Virus record (IMG/VR): IMGVR_UViG_3300025769_000787
Coordinates: 1 to 24,908 of that record
Length of the DNA stretch: 24,908 nucleotides
Direction: 5' to 3' (one strand)
Source of the DNA: a virus
Lineage: Duplodnaviria > Caudoviricetes
Made by a program: the position numbers and the translations under genes. The notes under the pieces were generated by a model, which saw only the letters and a list, made by a program, of their open reading frames with translations, was not told the origin of the DNA and made no database searches. Of this stretch, positions 10,301-19,347 are shown piece after piece (within the stretch, counting starts at the first letter, position 1; the number at the start of each line of letters is the position of its first letter).

Positions 10301-10373
10301 AGTACAGCAATTGTACCCTTTTGATTCTACAGCAAATGCAATAGCACAAAGGAGAGAAAGTGGTCAAACGTAA
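7311..10373 (+). CDS. Largest internal virion/ejection protein (positional analogue of T7 gp16)
   Basis: 1020 aa, Cys-free, Gly/Ala hydrophobic patches (ILGGTAGAGAG; GSVAGGLFIGGAAF), last of the coupled series. Confidence 0.6.
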   Translation: MATIEQLQESLDNKSLDPNTLSPKQKKIIDELIRRKKLTGPTMSELSSQRDTAAKKIATEQEYYQDPIATALAAEDSFFKGRPTAVFAGDITGSIAPYITMREQIYGAAKSGNLWKKGPGKMAKVADAVTQRLPGRLKLLGGAFKLLGRVADLPAKVIQSPLGRAEVYSILGGTAGAGAGSITYDMLNEQAGTFIASQISDQFADLPDKEINSDMTLNALNEMKTAAYWNTGAALLTPFIAGPLGKLGSKLFGTKGAKQKELAEFARDKGLPIPLIQAMDNGPFTSIGKGFFKTVGVFPFIGPIANQAFQGAEQKAGRMYLDQLTTYAPLMKTGALSHSIYNQAARVFNDNMDLIGSKYDAFERLADTVGNPAIIKLDKTVAKAQELKQSLTGMFPDTQRSMMAKNIDETLKQTGDPINLFYEAMDAIGTNMITPKQYKGVIQMLNNAIQGTDYRTLGRQMFMIREALENDFNAFGANLTKGAFLQDAGIKATFDGLAKQSPERAEAFIQSNIKNAEKLRDKLYDANATFNKVLNMYTTPAAARSLQKFDKQLFTNKGTFGIVGREAMPRDLLFSTMERDVFQSNSAEALKSFKTLIGAEGKYATKNGKLLFEASKARYMFNAFLDSFDSATAPQARSVFRDTVDLAPGVKAGTEYAQDVMERLGTDSIEAARGFKITDVQKGNGIFDVTDIRFSPEDFAQFNINKFMNKLGIGKATEDLGREKMIQMLGKEGAKDFYGFTNYMKSISDIPVSDTSTFLQRRFTLGSLGSVAGGLFIGGAAFSVNPFAPAIFLLMARRAGLMLTDPTALRYMNDALLPEEQLKLLKGQSIGEVQKGLFGTSRKFTGRSINPKLTAVGLTRKRDAFARLYNYFADQEQDLPRVDPRTVDPKEIQERLLNLSYQIPQPIYDDKNLPPQVIETMYAGDLQKSSGDVNTDNDMVAYLNRTVEADTETVLEQARRDEEADDPRITDDLQLQPVVPQTAEVPQTPQGQVSSQQVQQLYPFDSTANAIAQRRESGQT

Positions 10374-10581
10374 GAAGTTTAATAATGAAGATGTGCTTGC
10401 ACATCAACGGATAACGGATCACGAAAAGCTCTGTCATATTATGCAGAAAGAAACCAATAAAAGAATTGAAGATTTACACAGAGACGTACATAGGCTCGAG
10501 AAAATTATGCTGAGTAGTACAGGGTTTTTAATGACTACAATGATAGGTTTAATTGTTGCACTTGTAGTTAAAATATTCTAA
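10360..10581 (+). CDS. Small coiled-coil protein with C-terminal TM helix (XhlA/holin-like architecture)
   Basis: GTG start with AGGAG upstream; heptad-like RIEDLHRDVHRLEKI then FLMTTMIGLIVALVVKIF. Confidence 0.65.
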   Translation: MVKRKKFNNEDVLAHQRITDHEKLCHIMQKETNKRIEDLHRDVHRLEKIMLSSTGFLMTTMIGLIVALVVKIF

Positions 10582-10590
10582 AACAATAGA

Positions 10591-11256
10591 GTGAACATCC
10601 TTAAGAAATATCCTTACAAAAAACACAATCGATTTCAATCTACAACAGGTAGAAAATACTTAGTAAATGAAAATCCTGTACCTAGTGTTACAACCATACT
10701 CTCGGCTACTAAAGATAGTAAGTTTTTAGATGACTGGAGAAGAAGAGTAGGTAATGAAGAAGCAGATAGGATAATGAAAAGTGCATCAACAATAGGAACT
10801 GAAATGCACAGAGTCCTTGAGTATTATTATAATGGTGAAAAATATTATAACGAAACAGAACAGGGTATAAAGCCAAGGAAGATGGCAGAAGTTATTAAAG
10901 ATAATTTAGGGGTAGAAGAAGTCTGGGGTAACGAAGTTTCTTTAGCCTATAACCAAGAGTATGCAGGAACAACAGATCTTGTGGCTATGGCTTATGGAAA
11001 ACCATCGATTATTGATTTCAAGCAAAGCAATCGTCCAAAACGAGAAGAGTGGATTGATGATTATAAATGTCAGCTTGGAGCCTATTATTTAGCCCATAAA
11101 ACGCATTACGGGCCCATAGAGCAAGGTATCGTATCAATATGTACCCGAGACCTCCTATATCAAGAATTCAAGCTCTCAGAGCCTGTATTGGACGAATATG
11201 CTAATAAATTTCTTGAAAGATTAGAAACTTACAAAAAAGCTATGAAAAAAGGCTAG
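10591..11256 (+). CDS. PD-(D/E)XK exonuclease (MGME1/RecB-like phage nuclease)
   Basis: PSVTTIL, GTEMH, YAGTTDLV, IIDFKQS, QLGAY motifs. Confidence 0.85.
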   Translation: MNILKKYPYKKHNRFQSTTGRKYLVNENPVPSVTTILSATKDSKFLDDWRRRVGNEEADRIMKSASTIGTEMHRVLEYYYNGEKYYNETEQGIKPRKMAEVIKDNLGVEEVWGNEVSLAYNQEYAGTTDLVAMAYGKPSIIDFKQSNRPKREEWIDDYKCQLGAYYLAHKTHYGPIEQGIVSICTRDLLYQEFKLSEPVLDEYANKFLERLETYKKAMKKG

Positions 11257-12686
11257 AGTAGCCATTGTTTGGCTTTGTCTCCTAAAGTCTTAGCAGATAG
11301 GTATTGTTTTTCTTTTAATGCCTTAACAATTCTTTCATCAATTGTATCCTTAGCTATTATATCAATATAGACCACATTCTTTGTTTGACCTATTCTGTGT
11401 GCCCTATCTTCAGATTGTAGACGAACTTCAAGATTATAATTATTAGAATAGTAAACAACATATTTGGCTTGTGTCAAAGTAAGGCCATAACCTCCTGTCG
11501 TAGGATTACCTACAAAGAATCTACACTCAGGATCATTTTGATAACGGTCAACGGCCACCATTCTATCTTGTTGTGATACTTCACCATATATAGATACGAC
11601 AGATTTGCTTCCATATTTTTCACTTAATGCGCCAATAACTTCATGAATATTATGTACATAGGTTGCCCATATAATTACCTTTTGATCTGTTTCTTCTAGT
11701 ATCTCTAGTAAAGCTTTTAGTTTTTCATTTTTAAATTGTAATATCTCACCATCATCACTTTTAACATAGCCATTAGCCACTTGATGTAATCTTAATATTT
11801 CAGTTAATTGATTGTGGACTGATATCGTTTCATTCTCAAACTTAGCTAGAGCTTCTATTTTTAGTCTTTGATAAACTCTTCTTTGCTCCCCCTCTAATTC
11901 TATCTCTCTTTTTTGATATATTTTTTCAGGTATATCCAAACATTGATCTTTAGTCAGTCTTAGTGAAAATGTTTTAAGTTTTTGTTCTAATTCATCTAAA
12001 TTAGTAAACCCATCAGGAACTCTAATGCTTTCTCCCCTAGCCACATATACATCATCAAAAGTACAATACCTATTTCTAAAGGCATAAAAGCTTTTGAAGC
12101 CTAATAATGCTGGATCAAGAAAGGCACATTGTGTATAAAGATCTAATGGAGATTTTGTTACTGGTGATCCTGTTAATATACGCCGCATACGGGCTCGCCA
12201 TCTTAGCGCTAAAATGTTTTTTGTTCGTTTTGCTTTTGGGTTTTTTATGGTCGTGGATTCATCAATTACCATTATATTTTGTGGCTGGTTAATCAAAAAC
12301 TTATTACACTCATCTAATCCTTTTTTAGTTGATAAGGCCTCTACATTAATAAGAAAAAACTTAAGTTTATCTTTTTCAGTTATAAATTTTTTATATTCTT
12401 TAGGCTTGTTTACTTTCCAAGCAAAAACAGATCTTGGTATTTCATCAGGTAAGTGAGTTTCTATTTCATTTTTCCATACAGTGTACACAGATTTAGGTGC
12501 AACTATTAAGGCAGCATCTACGCGTTTCTTTAAATATAAATAACCAATATTATCTATAGTAGTTTTTGTTTTACCCGTACCCATTTCCATAAAAAGAGCA
12601 TAGGTTGTTTTATCAGCTGATTCGGCTAATGCTTTTCTTTGATGTTCATAAGGTTTCGTCTTATAGGGGTACTTAAAATCTGCCAT
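11253..12686 (-). CDS. SNF2-family (SF2) helicase/ATPase
   Basis: PYEHQ, MEMGTGKT (Walker A), VIDES (Walker B), LTGSP, GGYGLTLT, QSEDRAHRIGQ. Confidence 0.92.
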   Translation of the reverse strand: MADFKYPYKTKPYEHQRKALAESADKTTYALFMEMGTGKTKTTIDNIGYLYLKKRVDAALIVAPKSVYTVWKNEIETHLPDEIPRSVFAWKVNKPKEYKKFITEKDKLKFFLINVEALSTKKGLDECNKFLINQPQNIMVIDESTTIKNPKAKRTKNILALRWRARMRRILTGSPVTKSPLDLYTQCAFLDPALLGFKSFYAFRNRYCTFDDVYVARGESIRVPDGFTNLDELEQKLKTFSLRLTKDQCLDIPEKIYQKREIELEGEQRRVYQRLKIEALAKFENETISVHNQLTEILRLHQVANGYVKSDDGEILQFKNEKLKALLEILEETDQKVIIWATYVHNIHEVIGALSEKYGSKSVVSIYGEVSQQDRMVAVDRYQNDPECRFFVGNPTTGGYGLTLTQAKYVVYYSNNYNLEVRLQSEDRAHRIGQTKNVVYIDIIAKDTIDERIVKALKEKQYLSAKTLGDKAKQWLL

Positions 12687-12751
12687 ATCCAGCTAATTTT
12701 TATATTTTTTTATTTGACAACGCAAGGGAATAATTTATAAGCGAGTTAGAT
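12687..12751. promoter_or_regulatory. Divergent promoter region between SNF2 and the replication operon
   Basis: 65-bp AT-rich gap; + strand TTGACA 12714-12719 and TATAAG 12736-12741 (16-bp spacer); weaker minus-strand TTGCGT...TATAAA. Confidence 0.65.
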
Positions 12752-13294
12752 ATGGATATCGAAAAGTTTTCTAATTTAGAAGTTGATACTGCAAGCACGA
12801 AGTCAATCTCGGATGCTTGTAATGAAATGAAAAGATTGGAAAATGAAATTGAACAAGCTGAGGAAATTCTTTCCGCAAAGAAAGCTAAATACAAAGATTA
12901 TCAGGAACGTAAAATACCAGAATTAATGCAAGAAGCTGGTGTTAACGCAATTAAACTTGCTGACGGCACGCAAGTTGAAGTAAAGCCCTTTTATGGTGCA
13001 AGAATACCTGAGAGTCGTGTCGAGGAAGCTTTCAGTTGGCTACGTGAAAAAGGTTTTGGTGATCTTATAAAAAATACGGTTACAACTACTTTTAACAGAG
13101 GACAAGACAATCAAGTTGCAGAACTAGTAAAGGTTTGTGAGAACTTTGGATTTAAATATTTGCAAAAGCAAAAGGTTGAACCAATGACTCTAAAGGCATT
13201 TGCTAAAGAGCAAGTTGAAAAAGGAAAGGAACTCCCGTTTGATTTATTTGGTATCTATATTGCAAATAAAGCTAAACTAAAAACGAAGGAGTAA
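12752..13294 (+). CDS. Replication-module protein of unknown function (N-terminal coiled coil)
   Basis: 180 aa; IPELMQEAG, AFSWLREKGFGDLIK, VEPMTLKAF resemble a phage family usually found just before the SSB gene. Confidence 0.65.
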   Translation: MDIEKFSNLEVDTASTKSISDACNEMKRLENEIEQAEEILSAKKAKYKDYQERKIPELMQEAGVNAIKLADGTQVEVKPFYGARIPESRVEEAFSWLREKGFGDLIKNTVTTTFNRGQDNQVAELVKVCENFGFKYLQKQKVEPMTLKAFAKEQVEKGKELPFDLFGIYIANKAKLKTKE

Positions 13295-13296
13295 AC

Positions 13297-14076
13297 ATGT
13301 CTAACGACAACCAAGTAGCTACAAAGAAGAAAAACGAAGTAGCAACAATCGACATCGAAAAGTTTGCTGATCAAGGTTTTGAAAACATTGATAGCAAATC
13401 ACTGCAGTTACCATTTCTTAAAATTTTAGGACAGTTATCACCACAAGTGACGGCTGGGGATTCTAAGTATATTGAAGCTGCAAAACCAGGAATGATCTAT
13501 AATACTGTTACAGATAAACTCTATGACGGTAATAAAGGTATGTTGGTAATACCTGCTTATTACAAATTTGAATATATTGAATGGGCAGATAGAGGACAAG
13601 AAGGTAGTAGTGCACCTAGAAATATTTATCCAGCCGATAGTGATGTTATGTCTAAAACAAATAGAGGTGATGATGGTAAGGATAGATTAGAATCAGGTAA
13701 CTACATCGAAGAGACAGCATCACACTTTGTTGTGGTTGTTGAAGATCATATGGCAAGCGAAGCCTTAATCACAATGAAATCTACTCAAAGAAAGAAATCT
13801 AAAAAGTGGAATTCAATGATGAACATGATGCAAGTCCCTAAAAAAGATGGCAAAGGTTTTTTTAGACCTGCACCATTCACTCAACAGTACAGATTAAAAA
13901 CCGTTTTGGAGAAAAACCAATTAGGTTCTTGGTATGGTTGGGAAATTACATCTGAAGGTTTGGTAAATGATGAAAGCTTAGTTAATAGAGCTTACAAATT
14001 TAGACAATCTTTAGCAACAGGTAGTGTTAAAGTAAAACACGGCCAAGAAGAAGAATCAGCTAAAACTCCATTTTAA
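13297..14076 (+). CDS. Putative single-stranded DNA-binding protein
   Basis: AAGGAG RBS; PFLKILGQLSPQV, YIEW, WYGW aromatic motifs; acidic tail ending in PF (EEESAKTPF); precedes primase. Confidence 0.65.
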   Translation: MSNDNQVATKKKNEVATIDIEKFADQGFENIDSKSLQLPFLKILGQLSPQVTAGDSKYIEAAKPGMIYNTVTDKLYDGNKGMLVIPAYYKFEYIEWADRGQEGSSAPRNIYPADSDVMSKTNRGDDGKDRLESGNYIEETASHFVVVVEDHMASEALITMKSTQRKKSKKWNSMMNMMQVPKKDGKGFFRPAPFTQQYRLKTVLEKNQLGSWYGWEITSEGLVNDESLVNRAYKFRQSLATGSVKVKHGQEEESAKTPF

Positions 14077-14078
14077 TT

Positions 14079-15650
14079 ATGGATTTTAATAAATCTCTGG
14101 AGCAGTTTAAAAAACTGTTCCAGGGGTCTGATACTTATCACGGGCAATCTAAAAAGTTAGGTAAACAAAGATCTGACGGAAAAGATGAATGGCGTAGTTG
14201 GATAAACCCTATCCCTATGACAGATCAGAATTGGCTCGACCATTTAGAAGGAAAAGATAGTTTTGGATCTGTTCCTATACAAGATGACTCCACTGCAAGT
14301 TGGGGAGTTATAGATGTAGATCGATATAACATTGATCATAAAAAATTTATCAAATTAATTAGAGAACGAAAATATCCTTTTGTCCCTTATAGATCTAAGT
14401 CAAATGGATTACATTTAATATTACATGTAGAAGAACCTGTAGCTGCATCAGCTATGCGTAAAAAAATGATTTCAATTGCTTCTGATATAGGAGTCAATGA
14501 TGCTAAAACAGATATTTTTCCAGCACAAGATAATGTAGATCTTACTCCTGAGAAATGGGATGACAAACAAAAAGGTCAATTTGTTAATCTACCTTACCAA
14601 AATGCAAAGTTTCCGACACGATGTGCTATGGATGATGAGGCTAAAAGTTTGTCGTTCGAACAATACTTAGAATATGTAAAGAAGTTTGTAATCACAAAAA
14701 AACAATTTGAAGAACTTAAAACTGCTAAAGATAGTGAAGATAAGCAATGGCCTAATTGTGTTAACAAGTTTATTAGAAATAAAATAAAAGAGGGCGAAGG
14801 CCGTAATGATGCCATGTTTAATGTTGGTGTTTTATGTAAAAAGATTAATGAAGACAAGAACTATTGGGAAGAACATATTAGAGAACTTAACAAAGAGATA
14901 TGCGTTCCACCGTTAAATCCAAGAGAAATTGCAAAAGTAATAGAACAAGTAGATAAAAAAGATTATTCTTTTAAATGTGGTACATCGGTTGCAAGAATGT
15001 ATTGTAATGGATCTACGCAATGTGCCAAACGAAAATACGGTATTGGATTAAATGAAGCTATTCCTGAAGTAGGTAAGTTAGTAAAAGTAAATTCATATCC
15101 TGATCCTTATTGGCTTTTACCTATACAAGGTAAAGTCGTGAAATTAGATACAAAGCAATTGTATCAACAACAATTATTAGGCGAGAGATTACTAAATTAT
15201 GATATTGTTTGGAGACCTTTGAAACCAAGCAAGAGAGATCCTGATCCTTACAGAGATTGGTTAGAAGAACTTATAAGTAACAAACAAGATATGGAAGGAT
15301 TTGATGGAGACGAAGAACGAGCAGAAGTATTTAATACTAGAATTGTAAAATTCTTTGAGGATACTGATACGATTACTGAGTTTGATCAAATTGAACACGA
15401 TAATATTTGGCAAGACAATACAGAAATAAGGTTTAAACTTGAGACCTTTAGACAATTTATGAAGAAACAAGGATATAATTGGTCTGAAAAAGATTGTACA
15501 ATGTTCTTACAAGGAGCAGGCTGTAAGAAAAGTGCAAAGTTTCAAGGAGTACAAGCTAGACATTGGGTTGCCACATTACCAAAACAAACAGAACACAAAA
15601 ACAAAAATGTCAAATTCACTAAAGCAAAAACTCCATGGGAAGACCGTTAA
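14079..15650 (+). CDS. Archaeo-eukaryotic-type primase (AEP) with PriCT/PriL-like C-terminal domain
   Basis: WGVIDVD (DxD), RSKSNGLHLIL (SxxGxH), FVNLPY, then WPNC...EGEGRNDAMF; no Walker A motif. Confidence 0.8.
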   Translation: MDFNKSLEQFKKLFQGSDTYHGQSKKLGKQRSDGKDEWRSWINPIPMTDQNWLDHLEGKDSFGSVPIQDDSTASWGVIDVDRYNIDHKKFIKLIRERKYPFVPYRSKSNGLHLILHVEEPVAASAMRKKMISIASDIGVNDAKTDIFPAQDNVDLTPEKWDDKQKGQFVNLPYQNAKFPTRCAMDDEAKSLSFEQYLEYVKKFVITKKQFEELKTAKDSEDKQWPNCVNKFIRNKIKEGEGRNDAMFNVGVLCKKINEDKNYWEEHIRELNKEICVPPLNPREIAKVIEQVDKKDYSFKCGTSVARMYCNGSTQCAKRKYGIGLNEAIPEVGKLVKVNSYPDPYWLLPIQGKVVKLDTKQLYQQQLLGERLLNYDIVWRPLKPSKRDPDPYRDWLEELISNKQDMEGFDGDEERAEVFNTRIVKFFEDTDTITEFDQIEHDNIWQDNTEIRFKLETFRQFMKKQGYNWSEKDCTMFLQGAGCKKSAKFQGVQARHWVATLPKQTEHKNKNVKFTKAKTPWEDR

Positions 15651-17217
15651 ATTCTTTGGCCCACCAGGCACAGGTAAAACCCACAGACTTTTAGAAAGAG
15701 TTAAACGATTTCTAAAACGAGGTATATCTCCTGATGAGATCTGTTATATCTCATTTACTAACAAAGCTATTGAAGAATGTTTAGATAGAGTAAGAAAAGA
15801 TTTCAAAGGTTATGATCAAGATGACTTTAAATATTTTAGAACTTTACATTCATTAGCTAGACAACAATTTGCTGACATTCCTGTATTAGATCCTAAAGTA
15901 GATATGCTTCAGTTTCATACGCAGTATGGAACGGTAAAAATTAATTACAAACCCACTTGGGATGATCAAAAAGTTTATAACAATTGGTCTTTACAAATAT
16001 ACGACAGAGCAAGAAATATGAAAGCCGATCCAATAGATCTATACAAAAAAGAACCTCGAAAGAAAGTAAGGCTACAGCAGTTTAAATCTATTATAGCAGG
16101 ATATGAACAATACAAAACTTACGAATCTAAACCTGGAGAGTTTAAAAATGATCGTTTAGATTTTACAGATATGGTACAGAAGTATATAGACTCAGGTTTA
16201 CCTATTCCTTTTAAAGTATTAATGGTTGATGAAGCTCAAGATCTAACACCTTTACAATGGGATATGGTTGTTAAGTTAGCTAAACATTCTGACAAAGTTT
16301 ATTTAGCAGGTGATGATGATCAGGCTATCTATGAATGGAACGGTGCAGAAGTTACATTCTTTCAAACGTTTCCAGGTAAGGTAAAGATATTACAAAAATC
16401 TAGAAGACTTAATAAGAAAGTACATTTTTTTTCTAAGTGTTTATTAAATGGTATGGAAGGCCACCGAATCGAAAAAGATTTTACATCTAACGGTAAAGAT
16501 GGTGAGATCTATAAATGGAGTACACTGAAAAAAGTACCTTGGGATATAGAAGGGACCTGGATGGTGCTTGCTAGAATAAACGATGTGAAGCGAGAGCTGC
16601 AAGACGAAGCAAAGAAGATGGGTCTTTATTATCAGGATATGCGAGGCAATAAATCATTTGATGTAAATCAATGGAAAGCCATACAAGATTGGGACAAGAT
16701 TGTTGAAGGTGGATCTATAACTAGAGAAGATGCCTGTAATATGTACAACTATTTATTAAACATAGATCACGGCTACCGATCAACGGACAGTAAGAAGTGG
16801 AGCTTTGCTCATCCTAATCAAGTATTTAACTTTGAACAACTTCATTTACAAGGTGGTATGGTAGAAGACAAAAAACCTTGGGCAGATGCTTTTAAAAGAA
16901 AGTTTAAAGATAGTGAGAAAAGATACTTTAGAACGATTATAAACAAAGAAGTAGATCTAGATGCAAAAGCCCGAATCATTATTGATACCATACATCAAGT
17001 AAAAGGCGGTGAAGCAGATAACGTAGTAGTATCAGCTAAATGTAATTTTCCTTCTCATTTTGATCGTAAAAGTTTAGATGAAAGAATAAAAGAATTAAGG
17101 GTTTGGTACACAGGAGTTACTAGAACTATAAATACTTTACACTTATTAGGCACATATCATAGGTATCATTTTCCCTTGTCTAAATATTATAAATTGTATA
17201 AAAGTAACTATGCCTAA
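15607..17217 (+). CDS. UvrD/Rep-like SF1 helicase; start revised to 15607
   Basis: GPPGTGKT, ISFTNKA, RTLHS, VDEAQD, AGDDDQAIYEW, TIHQVKGGEAD, WYTGVTR. Confidence 0.92.
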   Translation: MSNSLKQKLHGKTVKFFGPPGTGKTHRLLERVKRFLKRGISPDEICYISFTNKAIEECLDRVRKDFKGYDQDDFKYFRTLHSLARQQFADIPVLDPKVDMLQFHTQYGTVKINYKPTWDDQKVYNNWSLQIYDRARNMKADPIDLYKKEPRKKVRLQQFKSIIAGYEQYKTYESKPGEFKNDRLDFTDMVQKYIDSGLPIPFKVLMVDEAQDLTPLQWDMVVKLAKHSDKVYLAGDDDQAIYEWNGAEVTFFQTFPGKVKILQKSRRLNKKVHFFSKCLLNGMEGHRIEKDFTSNGKDGEIYKWSTLKKVPWDIEGTWMVLARINDVKRELQDEAKKMGLYYQDMRGNKSFDVNQWKAIQDWDKIVEGGSITREDACNMYNYLLNIDHGYRSTDSKKWSFAHPNQVFNFEQLHLQGGMVEDKKPWADAFKRKFKDSEKRYFRTIINKEVDLDAKARIIIDTIHQVKGGEADNVVVSAKCNFPSHFDRKSLDERIKELRVWYTGVTRTINTLHLLGTYHRYHFPLSKYYKLYKSNYA

Positions 17218-17479
17218 GAAACAAATTGGTGGATCTCACTATAAATCTTTTGCCATCGAGCCTTGGACATTTGTTCAAGAAAATAACTTAAATCCTTTTC
17301 AAGCCAATGTAATAAGATATACGTGCAGATACAAAAACAAAGGCGGAATTCAAGACTTAGAAAAAATAATTCATTATTGTGAAATGGAAATAGATTTTAT
17401 GAAAAAGAAAATTCCAGATGATTCTATTGAAAAAGAAGAGGAATGGGCAGCCATGATAGCTCAGATGCAAGATTCATGA
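17210..17479 (+). CDS. DUF3310 / T7 gp1.7-like putative nucleotide kinase
   Basis: QIGGSHYK, IEP, ANVIRYTCRYKNKGGIQDLEKIIHY signature. Confidence 0.8.
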   Translation: MPKKQIGGSHYKSFAIEPWTFVQENNLNPFQANVIRYTCRYKNKGGIQDLEKIIHYCEMEIDFMKKKIPDDSIEKEEEWAAMIAQMQDS

Positions 17480-19347
17480 GTCATCAATTAAATTTTATTT
17501 ATAATGATTCTGATTGGGTAGCTCCTTCAGAATATCCTGACTTGAGAGATGCTACAGAAGTAGCAATAGATTTAGAAACAAAAGACCCTGAACTAAAAAG
17601 ATTAGGATCAGGTTGGGCTACAGGCAAAGGCCATGTTGTTGGGTTTGCTGTTGCAGCTTTAGGTAAGCAATGGTATTTCCCGATTGCTCATGATGCTGGT
17701 GGTAATATGGATCTAGCTGTAACTACAGCTTGGATGGTAGATTTATTAAAAAGACCTAGCACAAAAATATTTCATAATGCTTCATACGATGTTGGTTGGT
17801 TGATAGCTAATGGTTTTGAGATTAATGGTAAAATTGTAGACACTATGATAGCAGCAGCGTTAATTGATGAGAATAGATGGAGTTTCTCGCTAAATGCTTG
17901 TGCTAAAGATTATTTAGGTGAAATTAAAAACGAAACCTTTTTAAATGAAAAAGCAAAAGAGTGGGGTATAGATCCGAAAGCAGACTTATGGAAAATGCCT
18001 GCGGGTTATGTTGGTTTTTATGCAGAACAAGATGCAGCTCTTACATTAAAACTTTGGCAAAGATTTAAAACAGAGATACAACAACAATCTATTAATGATG
18101 TTTGGGACATGGAAATGGAACTACTACCAACATTAATTAAAATGAGACAGATAGGTATAAGAGTTGATGAAGAAAAAGCTCACATATTAAAAAAAGAATT
18201 TAAGAAAAAAGAATTTGAAGTATTACGTAAGATAAAAAAAGAAACTACCTTAGATGTAGATATTTGGGCTGCAAGAAGTGTAGCACAAGTATTTGATAGA
18301 TTAGGTGTTGAGTATCCAAGAACTGCAAAATCTGACGAGCCGTCTTTTACAACGAATTGGTTGATGAATTGTGATCACCCGATTGCTGCTTTGGTAAGAG
18401 AGGCTAGAGAGATTAATAAATTTCATTCTACATTTATTGATTCAATACAAAGGTACGTTCATAAAGGAAGAATACACGCAGAGATAAACCAACTTAGATC
18501 TGATCAAGGCGGAACTGTATCAGGAAGACTATCCTATGCTAATCCTAACCTTCAACAAATTCCCGCAAGAAACAAAGAGTTTGGTAGTAAAATAAGGTCT
18601 CTATTCCTTCCAGAGGAGGGCAGACAGTGGGGTTCATTCGATTATTCACAGCAGGAGCCACGTTTAGTAGCACACTACTCAGCGTCCATCGGAGAGCGTT
18701 TAGATGGGTCTGAAGAGTTTATACAAGCTTACGCAGACGAATCAGCTGACTTTCATCAAATTGTAGCTGATATGGCAGGTATATCTAGAACACAAGCCAA
18801 GACGATTAATTTGGGTCTTTTCTATGGCATGGGTAAAGCAAAATTATCTAAAGAACTAGGTATTGATAAAGATAAGGCAGAGATCCTTTTAAATAAATAT
18901 AATTCAAGAGTGCCTTTTGTAAAAAAATTAGCATCAGCTGTAACTCAATCGGCTAGTAAGTTTGGTTTTATAAGAACTATAAAAGGTCGTAAGTGTAGGT
19001 TTGATAAATGGGAGCCAGCTACTTTCGGTATGAATCAAGCTATGAATTATAATGAAGCTAAAGCTAATTATGGAAATAATATTAGAAGAGCCTTTACTTA
19101 CAAAGCTTTAAACAGATTAATACAGGGTTCAGCTGCAGACCAAGCTAAACAAGCCATGATTGATTGTGCTAAAGCTGGGCATTTACCTATGTTGCAAATA
19201 CATGATGAATTATGTTTTAGTATAGGAACTGATAAAGATATTGAAGTTATAAAAAATAAAATGGAAAACGCAGTTGATAATTTAAAGGTTCCGTTTAAAT
19301 GTGATGTTGCTTTAGGTAGAAGTTGGGGAGAAGCTAAAGATGAGTGA
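17476..19347 (+). CDS. polA: Family A DNA polymerase with 3'-5' exonuclease, Leu762 type; start revised to 17476
   Basis: IDLET, FHNASYD, YAEQDA (Exo I-III); SGRLSYANPNLQQIP; DYSQQEPR (motif A); RTQAKTINLGLFYG (motif B); LQIHDEL (motif C); ATGA overlap at 17476. Confidence 0.95.
   Translation: MSHQLNFIYNDSDWVAPSEYPDLRDATEVAIDLETKDPELKRLGSGWATGKGHVVGFAVAALGKQWYFPIAHDAGGNMDLAVTTAWMVDLLKRPSTKIFHNASYDVGWLIANGFEINGKIVDTMIAAALIDENRWSFSLNACAKDYLGEIKNETFLNEKAKEWGIDPKADLWKMPAGYVGFYAEQDAALTLKLWQRFKTEIQQQSINDVWDMEMELLPTLIKMRQIGIRVDEEKAHILKKEFKKKEFEVLRKIKKETTLDVDIWAARSVAQVFDRLGVEYPRTAKSDEPSFTTNWLMNCDHPIAALVREAREINKFHSTFIDSIQRYVHKGRIHAEINQLRSDQGGTVSGRLSYANPNLQQIPARNKEFGSKIRSLFLPEEGRQWGSFDYSQQEPRLVAHYSASIGERLDGSEEFIQAYADESADFHQIVADMAGISRTQAKTINLGLFYGMGKAKLSKELGIDKDKAEILLNKYNSRVPFVKKLASAVTQSASKFGFIRTIKGRKCRFDKWEPATFGMNQAMNYNEAKANYGNNIRRAFTYKALNRLIQGSAADQAKQAMIDCAKAGHLPMLQIHDELCFSIGTDKDIEVIKNKMENAVDNLKVPFKCDVALGRSWGEAKDE

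Noticed and set aside
10591-11256. Cas4 assignment for the nuclease
   Set aside because: Lacks the four-Cys Fe-S arrangement of Cas4, and no cas genes are nearby
12107-12894. ORFs 12107-12292 (+), 12214-12456 (+), 12700-12894 (-)
   Set aside because: Lie opposite the SNF2 gene or the 12752 gene; composition reflects reverse-complement codon bias
14594-15470. Minus-strand ORFs 14594-14857 and 15261-15470
   Set aside because: Antisense to the primase gene
15532-15650. Primase-helicase programmed frameshift fusion, or the long track start at 15532
   Set aside because: An ATG at 15607 just before Walker A explains the 44-nt overlap; no convincing slippery site plus structure seen
17476-19347. 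Intein, intron or DnaJ-like insertion in PolA (HMO-2011 type)
   Set aside because: Motifs are contiguous at normal spacing and there is no CxxCxGxG repeat
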